A stretch of DNA of 63,890 nt, the filler included, from Salisapilia sapeloensis CBS 127946 (taxonomy: Eukaryota > Protista > Oomycota): the NCBI GenBank assembly GCA_023334545.1. It is 9 parts of 9 records of this genome, joined end to end, with 100 filler letters (N's around TTAATTAATTAA, not from the genome) between each part and the next. Parts side by side here need not be neighbours in the genome. Positions count along the whole stretch, not along the records: positions 1 to 28,582 come from JAADVB010000230.1; positions 28,683 to 35,578 come from JAADVB010000543.1; 7 more parts are not named here. One strand, given 5' to 3'. Of the stretch, positions 22,501 to 29,414 are shown in pieces. Under the pieces are notes generated by a model. That model was not told the DNA's origin, searched no databases, and saw nothing but the letters and a program-made list of their open reading frames with translations. A program made the translations under genes and the position numbers. Each line of letters begins with the position of its first letter. The first letter of the stretch is position 1.

Positions 22501-25393
22501 AACGATCGAAGGCGACAGGAGTCGTCAGAAGGAAAAGCTGCTGGAGAGGAGGGAGAGAAGAAAGAAGAAGGAGGCCGAACTGGAAGAGGTGGTGAAGCAG
22601 CAGAAAATCGAGTTGGACAGTGCCAAGGCGTCCAAAGAGGCACTAGATTCGATGCAGCTTTCAGAGCTGGAGAGAGTTCGAGCTGAGTTTATGCGCGGAA
22701 AGGAAGAGGAGCAGGAGCTTGAAAGGGATCAAGCTGCATTGGCAAAGCAGCGCATCCAAGAGCGTATTCAGAAACGAAAGGAGCGCGTAAAAGCTACGGA
22801 AGTTCCTCTAGATGCTCCGAAGACTTCGGTCGATGCTCCAAATGCTCCAGAGGCTACAGTGGAGCCTCAAGCGATGACGCAAGACATGGAAAAAGTGCTA
22901 GCAAGTTGTCGACAGCTGCATGAAGAAGAGAGCGAGAAGCTGAGGGAAAGTTTGGCAGCGGAACGGAAGCGACAGGAGATGGGGATTAAAAAACGTTTGG
23001 CGAAGAAGAAGCAGGGGCAGCAGAAGAAAGAGGAGGAGAAGGCTCTGATGGAGGCTATGCTGCGTAAGGAGGAGGAAGCGATGGAAGCATTGCGTCAGAG
23101 TCAGGAAGAGGAGCTGCAGCTCATTGCAACGGAGATGGAGACTTTGAGGGCGGGAAAATCGGATGAAGAGATAGCAGAAACTGTGAATTTAGAGCTAAAC
23201 AGGATGAAGGAGGAGCATGAGAAGGAGCTGGACTCTTTTCACCAGACGTTGGCCTCAGAAAAGAAAAAGCAGGAAAGTAGGCTGCAGCAGCGTCTGGAGC
23301 AGAAGCGGAAGCGGAAGGAGACTAGAGTGGATATGGCGACGAAAGAAGCTGATGTAGTCAAGGAAGAGGTGGTGGACGAAGAGGATGAAGCAGAGGCTGC
23401 TGTGTTGGCTGAGAGACAGCGGGAGAAGGAGCAGAGGATGGAAGAGAAGAGGAAGAAGGAGCTGGATCGGCTGCGACGTGAATTCAATGCGAATACCGAG
23501 GAGTTGGAGCAGACGAAGAGTGCTGAAAGTAAAAGTCAAAAGCAGAAGCTGGCGGATCGTATCCAGATGAAGAAGGAGAAGAAGCGGATGGAGTTGGAGG
23601 CCAAGCATGCTGCTGAGAAGAAGAAGCTAGAGGAGGAACGACAGAGTGCATTGCAGCAGATAAGTCAGGAGAGCGAGAAGAAACCAGTGGAGGAAAAGAA
23701 GGAGAAGAAGATGTGGCGGAGGGTGTCGCAGTCGCTAAACAAGAGCTCTAGGACGCTTTTGGAAGCGGATGCGAGTGCCGAGGAAGAAGAAGGTGTTCGG
23801 CGGCTGATTAAGGCTGGTGTCATTCCAGACAAATTGACGCTTGTGATGGGAGTCGAAATGGTCGTGAGTGGGCGGCAGGAGAGGGAGGTCAAGATGCTGA
23901 CGAACCAGCAACATGTCGCCAAGTGGAAGGCGCTGAGGCTGGAGATGACTGCATGTGCGGAAGAAAAGGCAGAAATGAAGGCGAATGGGCAAGACGATGA
24001 AGAGGTGGAGACTGCTTTTGAGAAGAGCATGGAGGAACGGAAGCACGCAGTGGATGCAAGAATGGACCCTGTGCATATACTTCAGCTGCAGCAGCTCAAG
24101 AACAGTCACGTGCAGCAGGTCTCTGCTCTCGTGAATAAATTCCAATCGTTGATCAAGAGCGACGGAAGGGAGAAGACGGAAGTGAGGTATGTCCAGAGGG
24201 TGAGTGAAGATGAACGGTTGATGGAGGAGATGGAAGTACGTCTGCAGGTGGAAGCTCAGTCCAAGGTGGAAGAGCTGAGGAGTGAGCATGAGAAGCTCTT
24301 GGTGGAGCTCAAGAAGCAGAGGGAGGAGGAGATACTAGGGATTGAGGATAAGTTCAAGGGACTCATGGAAGAAGAACGAAGGGCTATTCGGGAGATGCTC
24401 GAAACTTCTGCGAGAGAGAATGAACAAGCGAAGCAATTGGAGAACATGCAAATCATGTTGGACGGTCGAAAGGCAGATCAGGTGGAAAGATGTCGTCGGA
24501 GGTATGTTCGGAGGATCAGACGGTGCGAAGAGAACTTGAAGAGAAAAGTCGAGCTGGTGAAGCTGAATGCACAGGAGCGGATGATGGAGGAACGAGAGGC
24601 GATGCGTAGTCGCAATCAGGTCGATGGAGAGAATGCACAGGAGAGTGGAGACAGGAGTATGGATATGAGTGGAAATCTGGTGGAAGTGGTGGAGAGACTG
24701 GAGGCTATCGAGGCGATGTTGAAAGTTAAACTCGATGGTGTCAAGCCTGGTGTGTCGGAAGAACGTGTAAAGCCGCTGGAACAAACTGATTTATTAACCG
24801 ATCTTGGTGTTTCGATCGAAAGGGGCTGCAACTATCCATCGAGCTTCCTAAAGCAGTTGACCTTTGCATCAAGTGAATCGATCCAAGCGAACGTGATAGC
24901 ATTGAATCTGCTCCACCCGAGTTGTCAGAAACGAATGGACTTCGCAACGTGGATTCTTGATGCAGCAGTGAGTACATTACCAGCTTTGAAGAGTGGGAAG
25001 TTGTATGCGCTAGCGGATACGATGGAGTGGTCTTTTGACGGGGGGAATATGTATCTACCCACGGCGTGTCTTCAGCAGCTTTCACCTGGACAGCTCGGCT
25101 TGCTCGTCTTGCATTTAGCTGTGGCATACACTGTTCACGGAGGGGAAGGCTTGGAAAGTGTGGAGGACGTGATTGCGAAGCACCCGAAAGACTACATCGT
25201 TGGCCTTCACCAAGTGCTAGTGAAGAGTCATCAAGCGTTTTACCCGCACGTCGACCAAAAGGAAGCGACGGTCAGTAAACATGATCTGAGCGTAGGAACG
25301 GCACTGGAAGTAGAAGAGGAAGGCGCTTGGAAGAGCAGACTAGGAGACCTCGAGAGCTTCCTTTGCGTTCTAGAGCAACAAGAGATAGAGTAA
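7508..25393 (+). CDS. Giant type-I membrane protein (5961 aa): signal peptide, beta-sandwich/Calx-beta-like N-terminus, ~3000 aa of GCC2/GCC3 (ephrin-receptor-like) Cys-rich repeats, one TM helix, ~2100-aa charged coiled-coil tail
   Basis: Single uninterrupted 17.9-kb ORF with a hydrophobic N-terminus. Dozens of CPxGxYCPxGs..PxxCPxGTY units at ~9060-18185. TM LIGGLLGGVFAMIASIIGGLFVF at ~18875-18944, followed by an E/K/R-rich tail. Confidence 0.9.
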   Translation: MARRWLPRLVLLGLTFLHLHRVQSAQISSFAWSDETAGASTTVGFILDLEAEEISPDASLRITLHSLLEASAELTATLLVNSNAASDTGVSVDTANKVLTFIRDGSGPPLSSDDTLEFEVIGLTNPKFTAALSPSGSVGVFDNTGAEQFVISLNTVHVSPGSILTSQVAFTSLLVGRASDVELQFSTTNGLSADGGLSITMPHRYVVHDGITVSGLDGVTEIFTTPESYGIKIKRSGGTVIPPLEIASIVLTGLVHPNEEGSLEDYIRVDTFDSSDRLIDQGHVDASTLVLKRAKVVADTLYLQGKEGTTVDYSIHLTDPPVSASIMFEAVCEDCVGISVSPDQIHFDAGNFADSQTLTVTFAQDDTFSSGQHGVIKHVLLNSEQEPSFRPSGASVYVEMVDDDLPAVSSSKSFLLLSENVDTGYTIVLLSEPTEDVTVSISEGTNKLDISPTSVVFTSATWNTPQEITVSVSSDENNADSRLQIDHSVASEDAHFHAARVTPSADIQVYFYSANTPSCSSPCLAGHYSFLDTNSGSESCVDCPQGYFCTGDCAPAVPCPVGTSSSTDLATSASVCEQCPEGFYAPVKGQATCWSCPAGAKCPDPTNTFEKCPAGSYSNVNEIECHDCAPGTYNPNEFQETCLICPTGKFCEQGATSPSACSSDTFSFSSGASSCESCLAGYGCDADTGATPCGSGTYSLDGETSCITCPKGFFCATTDEAPRKCSLGLYSTEGSLECQACLPGYKCPDPTINPIPCELGTYNSVEKATDCWACPAGYSCSSVSQDPVTCASGTYSAAGDYTCRPCPAGKSCLDSALDPEDCTPGTVSLEGEATCTDCPAGFICADPAQDPATCSNGQYVVNGTSCVDCEPGFFCPSPSELPQPCPSNTYSTGRAAECQTCPDGNVCLQDGTVYGECPFGQIPNPLQTECIPCPAGYSCTTYAKDVCSIGTYSIEGDGSCRACPLGHKCFYTTTEPIPCASGSYAPVNSTECFTCLPGFYCPEPTMEPIACPLGHYSTASSTACLPCPPGYDCSSPSSEPTKCPLGTYSLSSGSTCLDCPPGAYCSDPTLTPIPCQPGTFSIGGQQHCTPCESGHSCPHPDQNVQIACTDGTYAEAGASSCVVCPAGKQCPDTTQKIRQECTPGFYALGGQSQCTSCPIGMACPALDGSENHECEFGTYSPGGSTKCISCPAGFECPTTAIATPTPCPFGQYSVEGSPTCTKCRPGYACPDSETDHQELCAVGTYSDEGAGVCSPCPAGYECPLPTADALELCDAGWYSPAGISTCLSCPRGYYCEIAGASPQNCSVGYYSLDASTSCIACEPGYECPRTDQLPQPCPVGYYSEGMSITCKQCNPGYKCGLASASPTPPEDACPEGGYCNPPTTFFLCPAGTFGNTTAGESVEQACAPCPEGFYCEMGSTRSSMMPCPAGFFCPESTKRSTQFACPAGTYNPDANAKSIAECTMCPQGSYCPTATGTPIVCVQGHYCPEGTKDSNEYPCPQGTYSGPTTGLSDASQCLDCTAGYFCPLGSINPTSCPAGTYNPSTGTADLHECLDCPPGWSCPHVAQINYEDRCSAGHYCPVGTVLSTTNPCPAGSYTDSIGLIRAEDCTTCPARKACPKGTGGDLSPMVDCAVGHFCPEGTEYASQFDCPPGSYTSSISLASPDECDICPKGKYCVGGQDHIDGDCSPGHYCPLGTASPTAFPCPAGTFTPDTWLFEEAQCEECPPGFYCPLASVEPIPCKAGSYTGVSKTEAAGPGVGFPECTLCPAGYYCESGFTVPLVCGKGYYSTAGSEACLPCTAGHFCASTTTSKANMLTIVDSWNEPGALYGTCYRGAYCPEGTDHEPTLEQDACPRTFYCPAATVEPVVCPAGTYSNLTGQDALDDCSITPPGYFSLEGVLEPTGSCQPGFYCPPASTGSMQIPCPPGYYLNRTNGGSEEDCAVCVAGGYCPQASWMPLDCPTGYYCRTGVSVPEPCPIGTYSNMSRLKQVEDCLACPPGMYCDSTGLTHPRGLCDAGHYCTLGAYTSAPMNFETTLFGVSTRHVGAPCPPGTYCPLGSALPSLCPPGTFSTSIGLSSEVQCTVCTPGKYCETPGLTAPTDDCLPGYFCTGGANVPTQVDTPAGYFTESGAASAVACPPSQYNNNPNRGSCLPCPAGYFCDAPATITPTLCPVGHFCPNATSLAEKCPPGTFSTLEGLAKEDQCESCTPGYYCSAYGLSSPTGPCLAGYVCKGASTVANPDADHAHVGEVCPPGYYCPEASGEAIACPLGTYRGGMKGMNMTACASCPGGKYCGQTGLAAPSGDCKAGYYCVESAPTSTPTDGSTGDICPEGYYCPLGSAAPIKCSASTYADSVGFETCLECPEGFFCDGKDTTLYQDCPVGYYCPPATGAFPVACPVGTLNSLTKSINETACALCPLGSYCDTEGIFKPSGNCKRGFYCEYGSINEYGWRSENDTHICPPGHYCPESTYIPLPCPLGTYSNMTQLTSALECIRCDQGTYCGSSGLIAPSGFCTAGYFCKHMSAESTPTNGVYIAYDTINGSSQEVLIGGDVCTKGHYCPEGSFEPIPCPEGSYANVTNLEECYQCPPGYYCPLGSIDYIDYPCPIGYYCLEGTKRAIEYPCPPGTYSNTTELRSEEECTPAPGGMYADSYAAIEPAGYCESGFYCTSGSQSATPVNATLTGGPCLPGTNCPSGSAVPIVCDAGFYCSSSNTEQASPCMPGFYCAQGSYTASPTGQINSLGIIGDVCPPGHYCLEATSNPIPCAPGTFSTSSQNDNIEDCLPCPPGMLCSTSGIAEPEELCTEGYICRGGEATATELCPLGASCPPGSSSPEFCSAGSYSDEKGLAECKPCPARYFCDMGSIQPEDCKRGYYCPVGTSSMTMKSCPAGTYGHQELLADATECAVCPRGEFCDGNFPTNQTSGACAPSHYCLSGSNTSTPLDDAMGGLCSEGYMCTGGAFTPEPKDNVTGRVCDTGHFCSVGSSSQVPCPKGTFNSIPGQPSCEACPVGMYCGLGSVVPELCPIRYYCPAGVTDPILCPSGTFGQSEGLSDASECAECIGGQYCRSGLVTAPCAAGYYCRASNEDPVPVNLSTVDRDLGGPCPIGHYCPEGADGPIACPSSTANLDILGESLEDCRPCPAGFSCDEGANTVPCPPGNYCPYAVSVQSCPQATYNAKEGMVKVEDCEPCEAGKWCNSTAIVDPQNLLCPRGHYCQRGAIDITPCPSGYFGPVAGLRSKEECSVCTPGSYCQVGTIEPVVCPSKTYCPVGSGEPTMCPGGGYCPSNSSTPVICPAGYYCKQETDLPLVCPHGHFCPAGSEAPMPCPLGYIGRVSPLAGIATSIDDTCKSCPPGTYGDDPYGMTCSTCLEGYVCLGATTTPYPTNVSRHRGYACPQGQYCPAGSSDGIECPKGTYQPETKAVNSSACLPCKENSYQHLRGQGSCFPCSTSALSQVGAERCTCVGAHRAFQMTDGFCICEPGFEFYDENLIRRSDEDGSVDCQPIVYDRCQSGQVRLENGACVSASTQSCDDACGDGLGEFIPSLGLCQCSDQMDVNDICDVSCRKSAPKVVLDGETGRLQVRDPVTGRVSEVQESAGIVSNVFCPSNDLCEFQSLNLLPDGFAGSFDIPPSISVSSEANTSADVYDQRRLLTAEEDAKDGIVRNPMLCLRANDGIVFDLSTTGSYPVYIKDSMLNTNPTFDYGAFRSLADRIKTGANNTGNSVPISTFVFSFNEPGTYVFGNSVNADAKTVVVVMRENTKCPLEASIVPMSEKNLIAVSAKRRVEDIILAPDWNLIGGLLGGVFAMIASIIGGLFVFRTKSWVDATHPSNNVKGYRERCRESKDLLDLHSKGTTSVKKGTKLSAVAAIESTGTQPGEDNAGDMLPVAKVGVGRRRENQTAFGYEDDWENEVDDLGMLVQKLQHHHENVAKVLEETQIDTSQNVHRLEAETREMKRLLVKAFVSDADKTENGHKGGCTGKVLELVEKEIQESQRARGDIQQGLADARSYLDEVDKWDTKTVAADLLQDIMKDESTNDASDKSEVLETLGRLKLLLNADPASSTSSSLFNMCESSNAKKELSNLLLESSLDSDMSQEVQDVLAMRKDVLKGQNLDMQDKRETLEVLRRYGDAAQKSTQWLQEREEKMAEEYLKLKEEQNPAKLSNWKREMEGQLAAFVLELKGASKKVKKKLKDGSGSHSRRKVESAEQKTLDLVKGMKKERQLEYSSDPVVPYTEEKGDVTPDILLEMKEMLAQLMTQVQLQSQSVNSMSSIFPADVSWMVKGREAGKQHLMEGYGSMLSENDDLTDEKKEELMNAFEFGLEDVEDQLDIETLRREQTLKNLDVTADAKRDQMEEVVVSRFQEEEDKMEEAYQKQLDALEEEFRAFDDEDVNGDELLPPTLPIVADIPLPSIDSEKAAEEVVDYYDEMHNKRMADLDKEQKRKRSRLRERLEKKKMPKDSVETALQELEEKLVQEKAALIQELEQKEDTANTLAEQEAESAESELETAFEKCKQQHEIASAKLKAGLALDRQRKFDKLQARLDSRKKKGELLEEEAEKEYTAVANEIASEEAQAIVGLDNALRSDMLDSVQSFKITAEKKAKEMEVKEQDLQNRLEAIRAEHEKAREELEKNVSAEKKQRLEKLRERMEEKRGRLKNSKDAGEIAQEKYIELVQELDVEEDAEYEEVYDELSHMEVKGLESIEEKLRETETELEEVVVERKKVAARQKVLVEYDTEYVFKEYVEGIEASQDEAEVQMREGKKKLMERLARKSGIKVDGNDPDGFMQTEMKRVCEAHIESWMSRNAELDEEEQMRRRKLRDRMRNRRKETRAKSSNETDVEAEIAQIDEEEKQEVLMIVEEVGKERVELEVELENNMTTAVQGMAQLLKNDEMNIEGKLRACREDFEAKKRALQEDTNGLDALRNEKLQERLRQRREKGASSNTVEDAIDEIEQEQVEAVESLFEPMIEQAAERISAAEELVRNSEIELEKLRKENADGMRDLEATIEGDRSRQKEKLLERRERRKKKEAELEEVVKQQKIELDSAKASKEALDSMQLSELERVRAEFMRGKEEEQELERDQAALAKQRIQERIQKRKERVKATEVPLDAPKTSVDAPNAPEATVEPQAMTQDMEKVLASCRQLHEEESEKLRESLAAERKRQEMGIKKRLAKKKQGQQKKEEEKALMEAMLRKEEEAMEALRQSQEEELQLIATEMETLRAGKSDEEIAETVNLELNRMKEEHEKELDSFHQTLASEKKKQESRLQQRLEQKRKRKETRVDMATKEADVVKEEVVDEEDEAEAAVLAERQREKEQRMEEKRKKELDRLRREFNANTEELEQTKSAESKSQKQKLADRIQMKKEKKRMELEAKHAAEKKKLEEERQSALQQISQESEKKPVEEKKEKKMWRRVSQSLNKSSRTLLEADASAEEEEGVRRLIKAGVIPDKLTLVMGVEMVVSGRQEREVKMLTNQQHVAKWKALRLEMTACAEEKAEMKANGQDDEEVETAFEKSMEERKHAVDARMDPVHILQLQQLKNSHVQQVSALVNKFQSLIKSDGREKTEVRYVQRVSEDERLMEEMEVRLQVEAQSKVEELRSEHEKLLVELKKQREEEILGIEDKFKGLMEEERRAIREMLETSARENEQAKQLENMQIMLDGRKADQVERCRRRYVRRIRRCEENLKRKVELVKLNAQERMMEEREAMRSRNQVDGENAQESGDRSMDMSGNLVEVVERLEAIEAMLKVKLDGVKPGVSEERVKPLEQTDLLTDLGVSIERGCNYPSSFLKQLTFASSESIQANVIALNLLHPSCQKRMDFATWILDAAVSTLPALKSGKLYALADTMEWSFDGGNMYLPTACLQQLSPGQLGLLVLHLAVAYTVHGGEGLESVEDVIAKHPKDYIVGLHQVLVKSHQAFYPHVDQKEATVSKHDLSVGTALEVEEEGAWKSRLGDLESFLCVLEQQEIE

Positions 25394-25478
25394 AATAACT
25401 TTCATTCGCATTTCGTTCACGCGCATTCATATAACCTCGTACGTCGCTTGTATTGCCTCTCGTCCGGCTCTCTGGAGC

Positions 25479-25865
25479 TTATTGCTCGTAGTTTTGATCG
25501 ATGTCGTCCGAAAGCTCCTCATCTTCTGTTTCGATGATGGGCTCCAACTGCTTTTGGGTCGTGAGGTGGTGGAACTCGTCACAGAGCTTCTGGTACCTCA
25601 AATAAGCATCGACGGCGTCGAACCAGTCGTCAATATCTTCTTCTGTCTTCCCACGCACGAAGAGCTCCCGACCGGAGCTCAGGTAGAAGACCATCCCGTG
25701 CTTTTTCCCATTCCAATAGCGCACATTGACGACCCTGTCGCGACGCAATATCTTGCTACGCCGTCGCTCGCTCTTGCTGTATGTGATAAATCCGCCCGAA
25801 AAGGTAAAGAAGCGCTTGTGCCAGGTGGGAAATCGCAAGCCGCGTTTCCGAAGATAGCCTTGCAT
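25479..25865 (-). CDS. Small stand-alone PH-domain protein (128 aa)
   Basis: MQGYLRKRG...TWHKRFFTF...ITYSK...ELFVRGKTEEDIDDWFDAV matches the PH signature (beta1 GYLxKRG, WxxRxF, C-terminal helix with conserved Trp). Confidence 0.88.
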   Translation of the reverse strand: MQGYLRKRGLRFPTWHKRFFTFSGGFITYSKSERRRSKILRRDRVVNVRYWNGKKHGMVFYLSSGRELFVRGKTEEDIDDWFDAVDAYLRYQKLCDEFHHLTTQKQLEPIIETEDEELSDDIDQNYEQ

Positions 25866-27940
25866 TGATCTTTTCGTGAGAATTGCTTAAATGAGGTCTC
25901 GACTGGTCTAGTGGGGGAAAAGAGAAAGGCCCAATACTGGTTTCAAGTCGTCGCCAGAAGCAGGCAACGCTATCTAGAGGGCGAAATCCTCGGTAACCGC
26001 CGACTGGTTCGAAATGAAGGCTTGATATCGCAAGATGCCTAGTGTGGATTCCTTGCTGTCAAGAAACAGTATTATGTTCCGAAGGTCACGCCTTTTCTGA
26101 TAGATTCGACAGCAGGGGCCTGGCGCCGGCAGAGGCTTCAGACACTGGCAACTTCACCTCGCTCGTCTGGTTCACACAAGCATGTACTGAACGGATCGTT
26201 CTTTTCTGTAACGGCTTCTGCCGCCTCGACCAAGTGATGGGTTGGTAGATAGATCTTGTACCTGGAGCTTTCCAATGGTCGTATTCACTTTACAAAGAGG
26301 CTGCAGTCACAAAGCACCTGCAATCATTCCGATCACAGGAAAACCGCCGCGGCTAGTGCTCGAGTACCTCAACTCAAGCGTATGGCGCTCTTAGAGTATT
26401 ATGCAGATGCACTCGAGCTGGGGTGTTTCAAATTTAGAACCAGCTCTACTTGTGCAAACAATTTTATTCGGTGTATTCGAAATTAACTTTGCGATATTTT
26501 CAAGCGCAAGCATGGAAAGTAGACTTTACTTAACGAAACTCTGGTAAGCTGGCTTGGACTTGTCTTTAAAGGCATACACTTATAGAGCACTTTGGATACA
26601 ATGGAGGCCGTTCGTCTTAATTTGCAGCTTTTCAGTTAGAAATTCATGCTTACTTGTCGGCTCTATGAAAAGCTCTGCAGCCACGGCGAGGCCACTGAAG
26701 ACAGGAATCCTTTTAGAGCTTTCAACAGCTTGGGTGTATTAATTTGTAGCGATGTCACTAGAAGCATTTATAATAACTTCCAAAACGACGCCTACTCATG
26801 ACGTGTGACCGCGTATGACCCGAACAAAAGTCTACATTGATAACGCTAGTTCCCAACAAGTCGAACAAGTATATTTGTATTAATAGAAACCCTAGCTGCC
26901 GCGCGCACAGTCCTATGCAGACGTAAATAGAGGAGCAGCTCTTGCCCAGACGGATCGAGTTAAAATTGTTCACGTGGCACATCTAGCAAAAATTGTAGTG
27001 CGCGTTCTTTTAGATAGAAATTCATTGCTCTACAAATGCTCTTTGCTACTGCCTAAAAATCTACTTGCACTTCATCGAATGTAGAATGAGTATGACCACA
27101 AGCAAATAGCCCTGTCAGACAATCTGTTGCTTCAAACACTCTCGCACGTTGGTCATGTATGCGAGGTCCAAGACGTTGAGCCTTTCATTTCGAACGAGAG
27201 ACGTGCGGAGGTACTTGATAGGTTGGATGCAATTACCATCAGCTAGAATAACTAGCACGACAAGGCACACTGGCAACAGCTTGGAAATAAGCAAAAGACA
27301 CAAGGTGGTAATTGACGGTGCTAGCGTTAATCGTCCTCCAAAAAGGTGGTCGATGGTGCTATAATACGTCTCTACCCAGGTCGGACGCGTGGGACAAGGA
27401 GGCTTTCGTAGTTGATTAGAAAATCGTCCTTCTCTGTCGTATCCTCGTCTGTATCTAGGACACGATTTCAAGGAACCTACTTTCATGCAGATAACAAAAT
27501 TGAAACACGGAGGTGTGGAATAGACTATGGCCACTCTACATTGTGCAAAAAAGAACACACAACGCCAAAGCCAACGCGTATACTTTCGTAGCATTCAAGA
27601 GCAGTCATGTTTGCATTTATTCTCTACACATGCTAAATCAGTTGGCCATCTCCATCATCAAAAAGATGTAGCAGAAGTCATTAATCCACTTATCTGTTGT
27701 AGCGACGTGTACTCCTTGAAACCATATGTGGATGAAGCAGTCATCTTCCTCATCAGCCATCTGGTAATCGTCACTATGTCACACTAGATCATCCATCTTG
27801 CAAGCTCTCTGGATGCTTCCAAGGTATCAAGTTGCCCAAACTGATTGAACATCTGCTTCCTTGGAAGACAATCTGACATAAGCTGAGCTTGCACGTCTGG
27901 CCACACTGCCTTCCGGCTTGGATGCTGGTGATTGAAACTC

Positions 27941-27957
27941 TCATTCGGCAACTTTCC
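27941..27957 (+). promoter_or_regulatory. Oomycete-type Initiator + FPR core promoter of AA17 copy 1
   Basis: TCATTCGGCAACTTTCC starts 57 bp upstream of the ATG. It resembles the oomycete Inr (YCAYTY) plus the flanking promoter region (CAWTTTNC). An identical copy lies at 49211. Confidence 0.7.
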
Positions 27958-27997
27958 TCGCAAGACACAAGCAACCGAAACAACTCTACCAACCACA

Positions 27998-28582
27998 ATG
28001 GTTTACTCTTCGCTCCAGTTCGTCGCGGTCTCCGCCCTTACTTTGCCGTCGGTGATCACTGCCCACGGTGTTATGGCCAAGCCTGCACCCAAGTACCCGA
28101 ACTTCTACGCTGGAAACTGGCGTGCACTCATTGACGGCGACGCACTTACCCCGCCGGCAGGCAAGACTTTCAACAACTGGCCGAACATTGACCAGAACGC
28201 TGCCGTCATCGCTGAGGCGTTCAAGAACTCTCAGTACCAGTCGTTGAAGGACTTCATCATGGACAAACAAGATCTGAGCCGTGTGTACGAAGGCATGCCG
28301 ACTCCCCCTGATCCCAAGTGCGGATGGTCTCAGCCGAATGACCAGCCGCAAGAGCTTCCGGACAAGGTCATTTGGGAGACTGGCCCGACGGACCACCAGT
28401 TCAACCACCCTGGCCCATGCGAGATCTGGTGTGACGACACTCTCGCACTTCCATACACGGACAACTGCCGTGAATCCTTCCCGAACGGTGAAGTCACGTA
28501 CGACAAGGCTGCGTGTGAGGGTAAGAGCGAGCTCGTGATCTACTGGCTTGCGGTGCACATGCCGCCATGGCAGGTGTACGGT
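27998..28582 (+). CDS. Secreted AA17-family lytic polysaccharide monooxygenase, copy 1 (3' truncated by gap)
   Basis: Signal peptide MVYSSLQFVAVSALTLPSVITA is followed directly by His (HGVMAKP, His-brace position). Also NHPGPCEIWCDD, YDKAAC and IYWLAVHMPPWQVY (H..QxY motif), as in oomycete AA17 proteins. Confidence 0.85.
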
Positions 28583-28682
28583 NNNNNNNNNNNNNNNNNN
28601 NNNNNNNNNNNNNNNNNNNNNNNNNNTTAATTAATTAANNNNNNNNNNNNNNNNNNNNNNNNNNNNNNNNNNNNNNNNNNNN
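28583..28682. other. Artificial contig spacer 1
   Basis: 44 N + TTAATTAATTAA (stops in all six frames) + 44 N. Confidence 0.98.
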
Positions 28683-29414
28683 ATCCCAAGACCGTGTTGT
28701 GCTTGACAAGCGCGACGGTAGACTGGTTCATCTTTTGCGTGCAAGTGGTCGATTTGTGTACTGACCTTCCTGCATGCTTTTCATCTGCTCATCCTCTCGT
28801 TCTCGGACGAGATCGTCTTCGACTACCCTATCCAAGGTTTATGTCTTCCTGCCATGAACTTAGCTAGTCGAGGTGTTGATGGCTAAGAAATGATTGTCAA
28901 ATAAAACTTTGTTTTATTTATTATTCTCTAGTTGATAAATTACCAGTGCTCAGGATAGAAGTCATGCCCGCCTACCTTTAGGCTTTACATACATCTGTAC
29001 TGTAATGAACCATGTCAATAGCTACAATTAACTAGTGATATCCACGCGCACGATTATCACAAAAGCGATGAGTCCGAAGGAGGGATAGTATGTTACGCAG
29101 TCATCACTACCAACTTCGCTTGTTTCAAGCAACCTTCAGTCTATCCATGAGCTTAGAACTTGACTTGCTCACAGCATCCTACAATCAGGGTAAACGAAAC
29201 ATGATAGGGATGGATTTGAGTGAGATGAAAGAAGCAAGTGCTTTCTGTCATCAGCGGACTTTGCCGTATTAGGACGAACCCACTAAATAGCTACGTGTGA
29301 CCAACGACTGCACCACAGACCAAGACAGCATTAACACCAAGAACCATTCTCCTATCAACTCTGAAACTAAACAAATGTACACATGGAGTCCAAAGATCTT
29401 CATCGTTACCAGTA

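Noticed and set aside
25482-25868. 128-aa antisense ORF mirroring the PH gene
   Set aside because: An exact antisense shadow; only the minus strand has a recognisable domain.
26042-27900. Short ORFs and protein-like fragments between the PH gene and AA17
   Set aside because: Stop-riddled with no recognisable motif; possibly old gene or TE debris, but not supportable.
28627-28638. TTAATTAATTAA recurring eight times, as a possible biological motif or array
   Set aside because: Always centred in exactly 44+44 N. It is a six-frame-stop linker added during contig concatenation. ORF-track entries running into X are artefacts of it.
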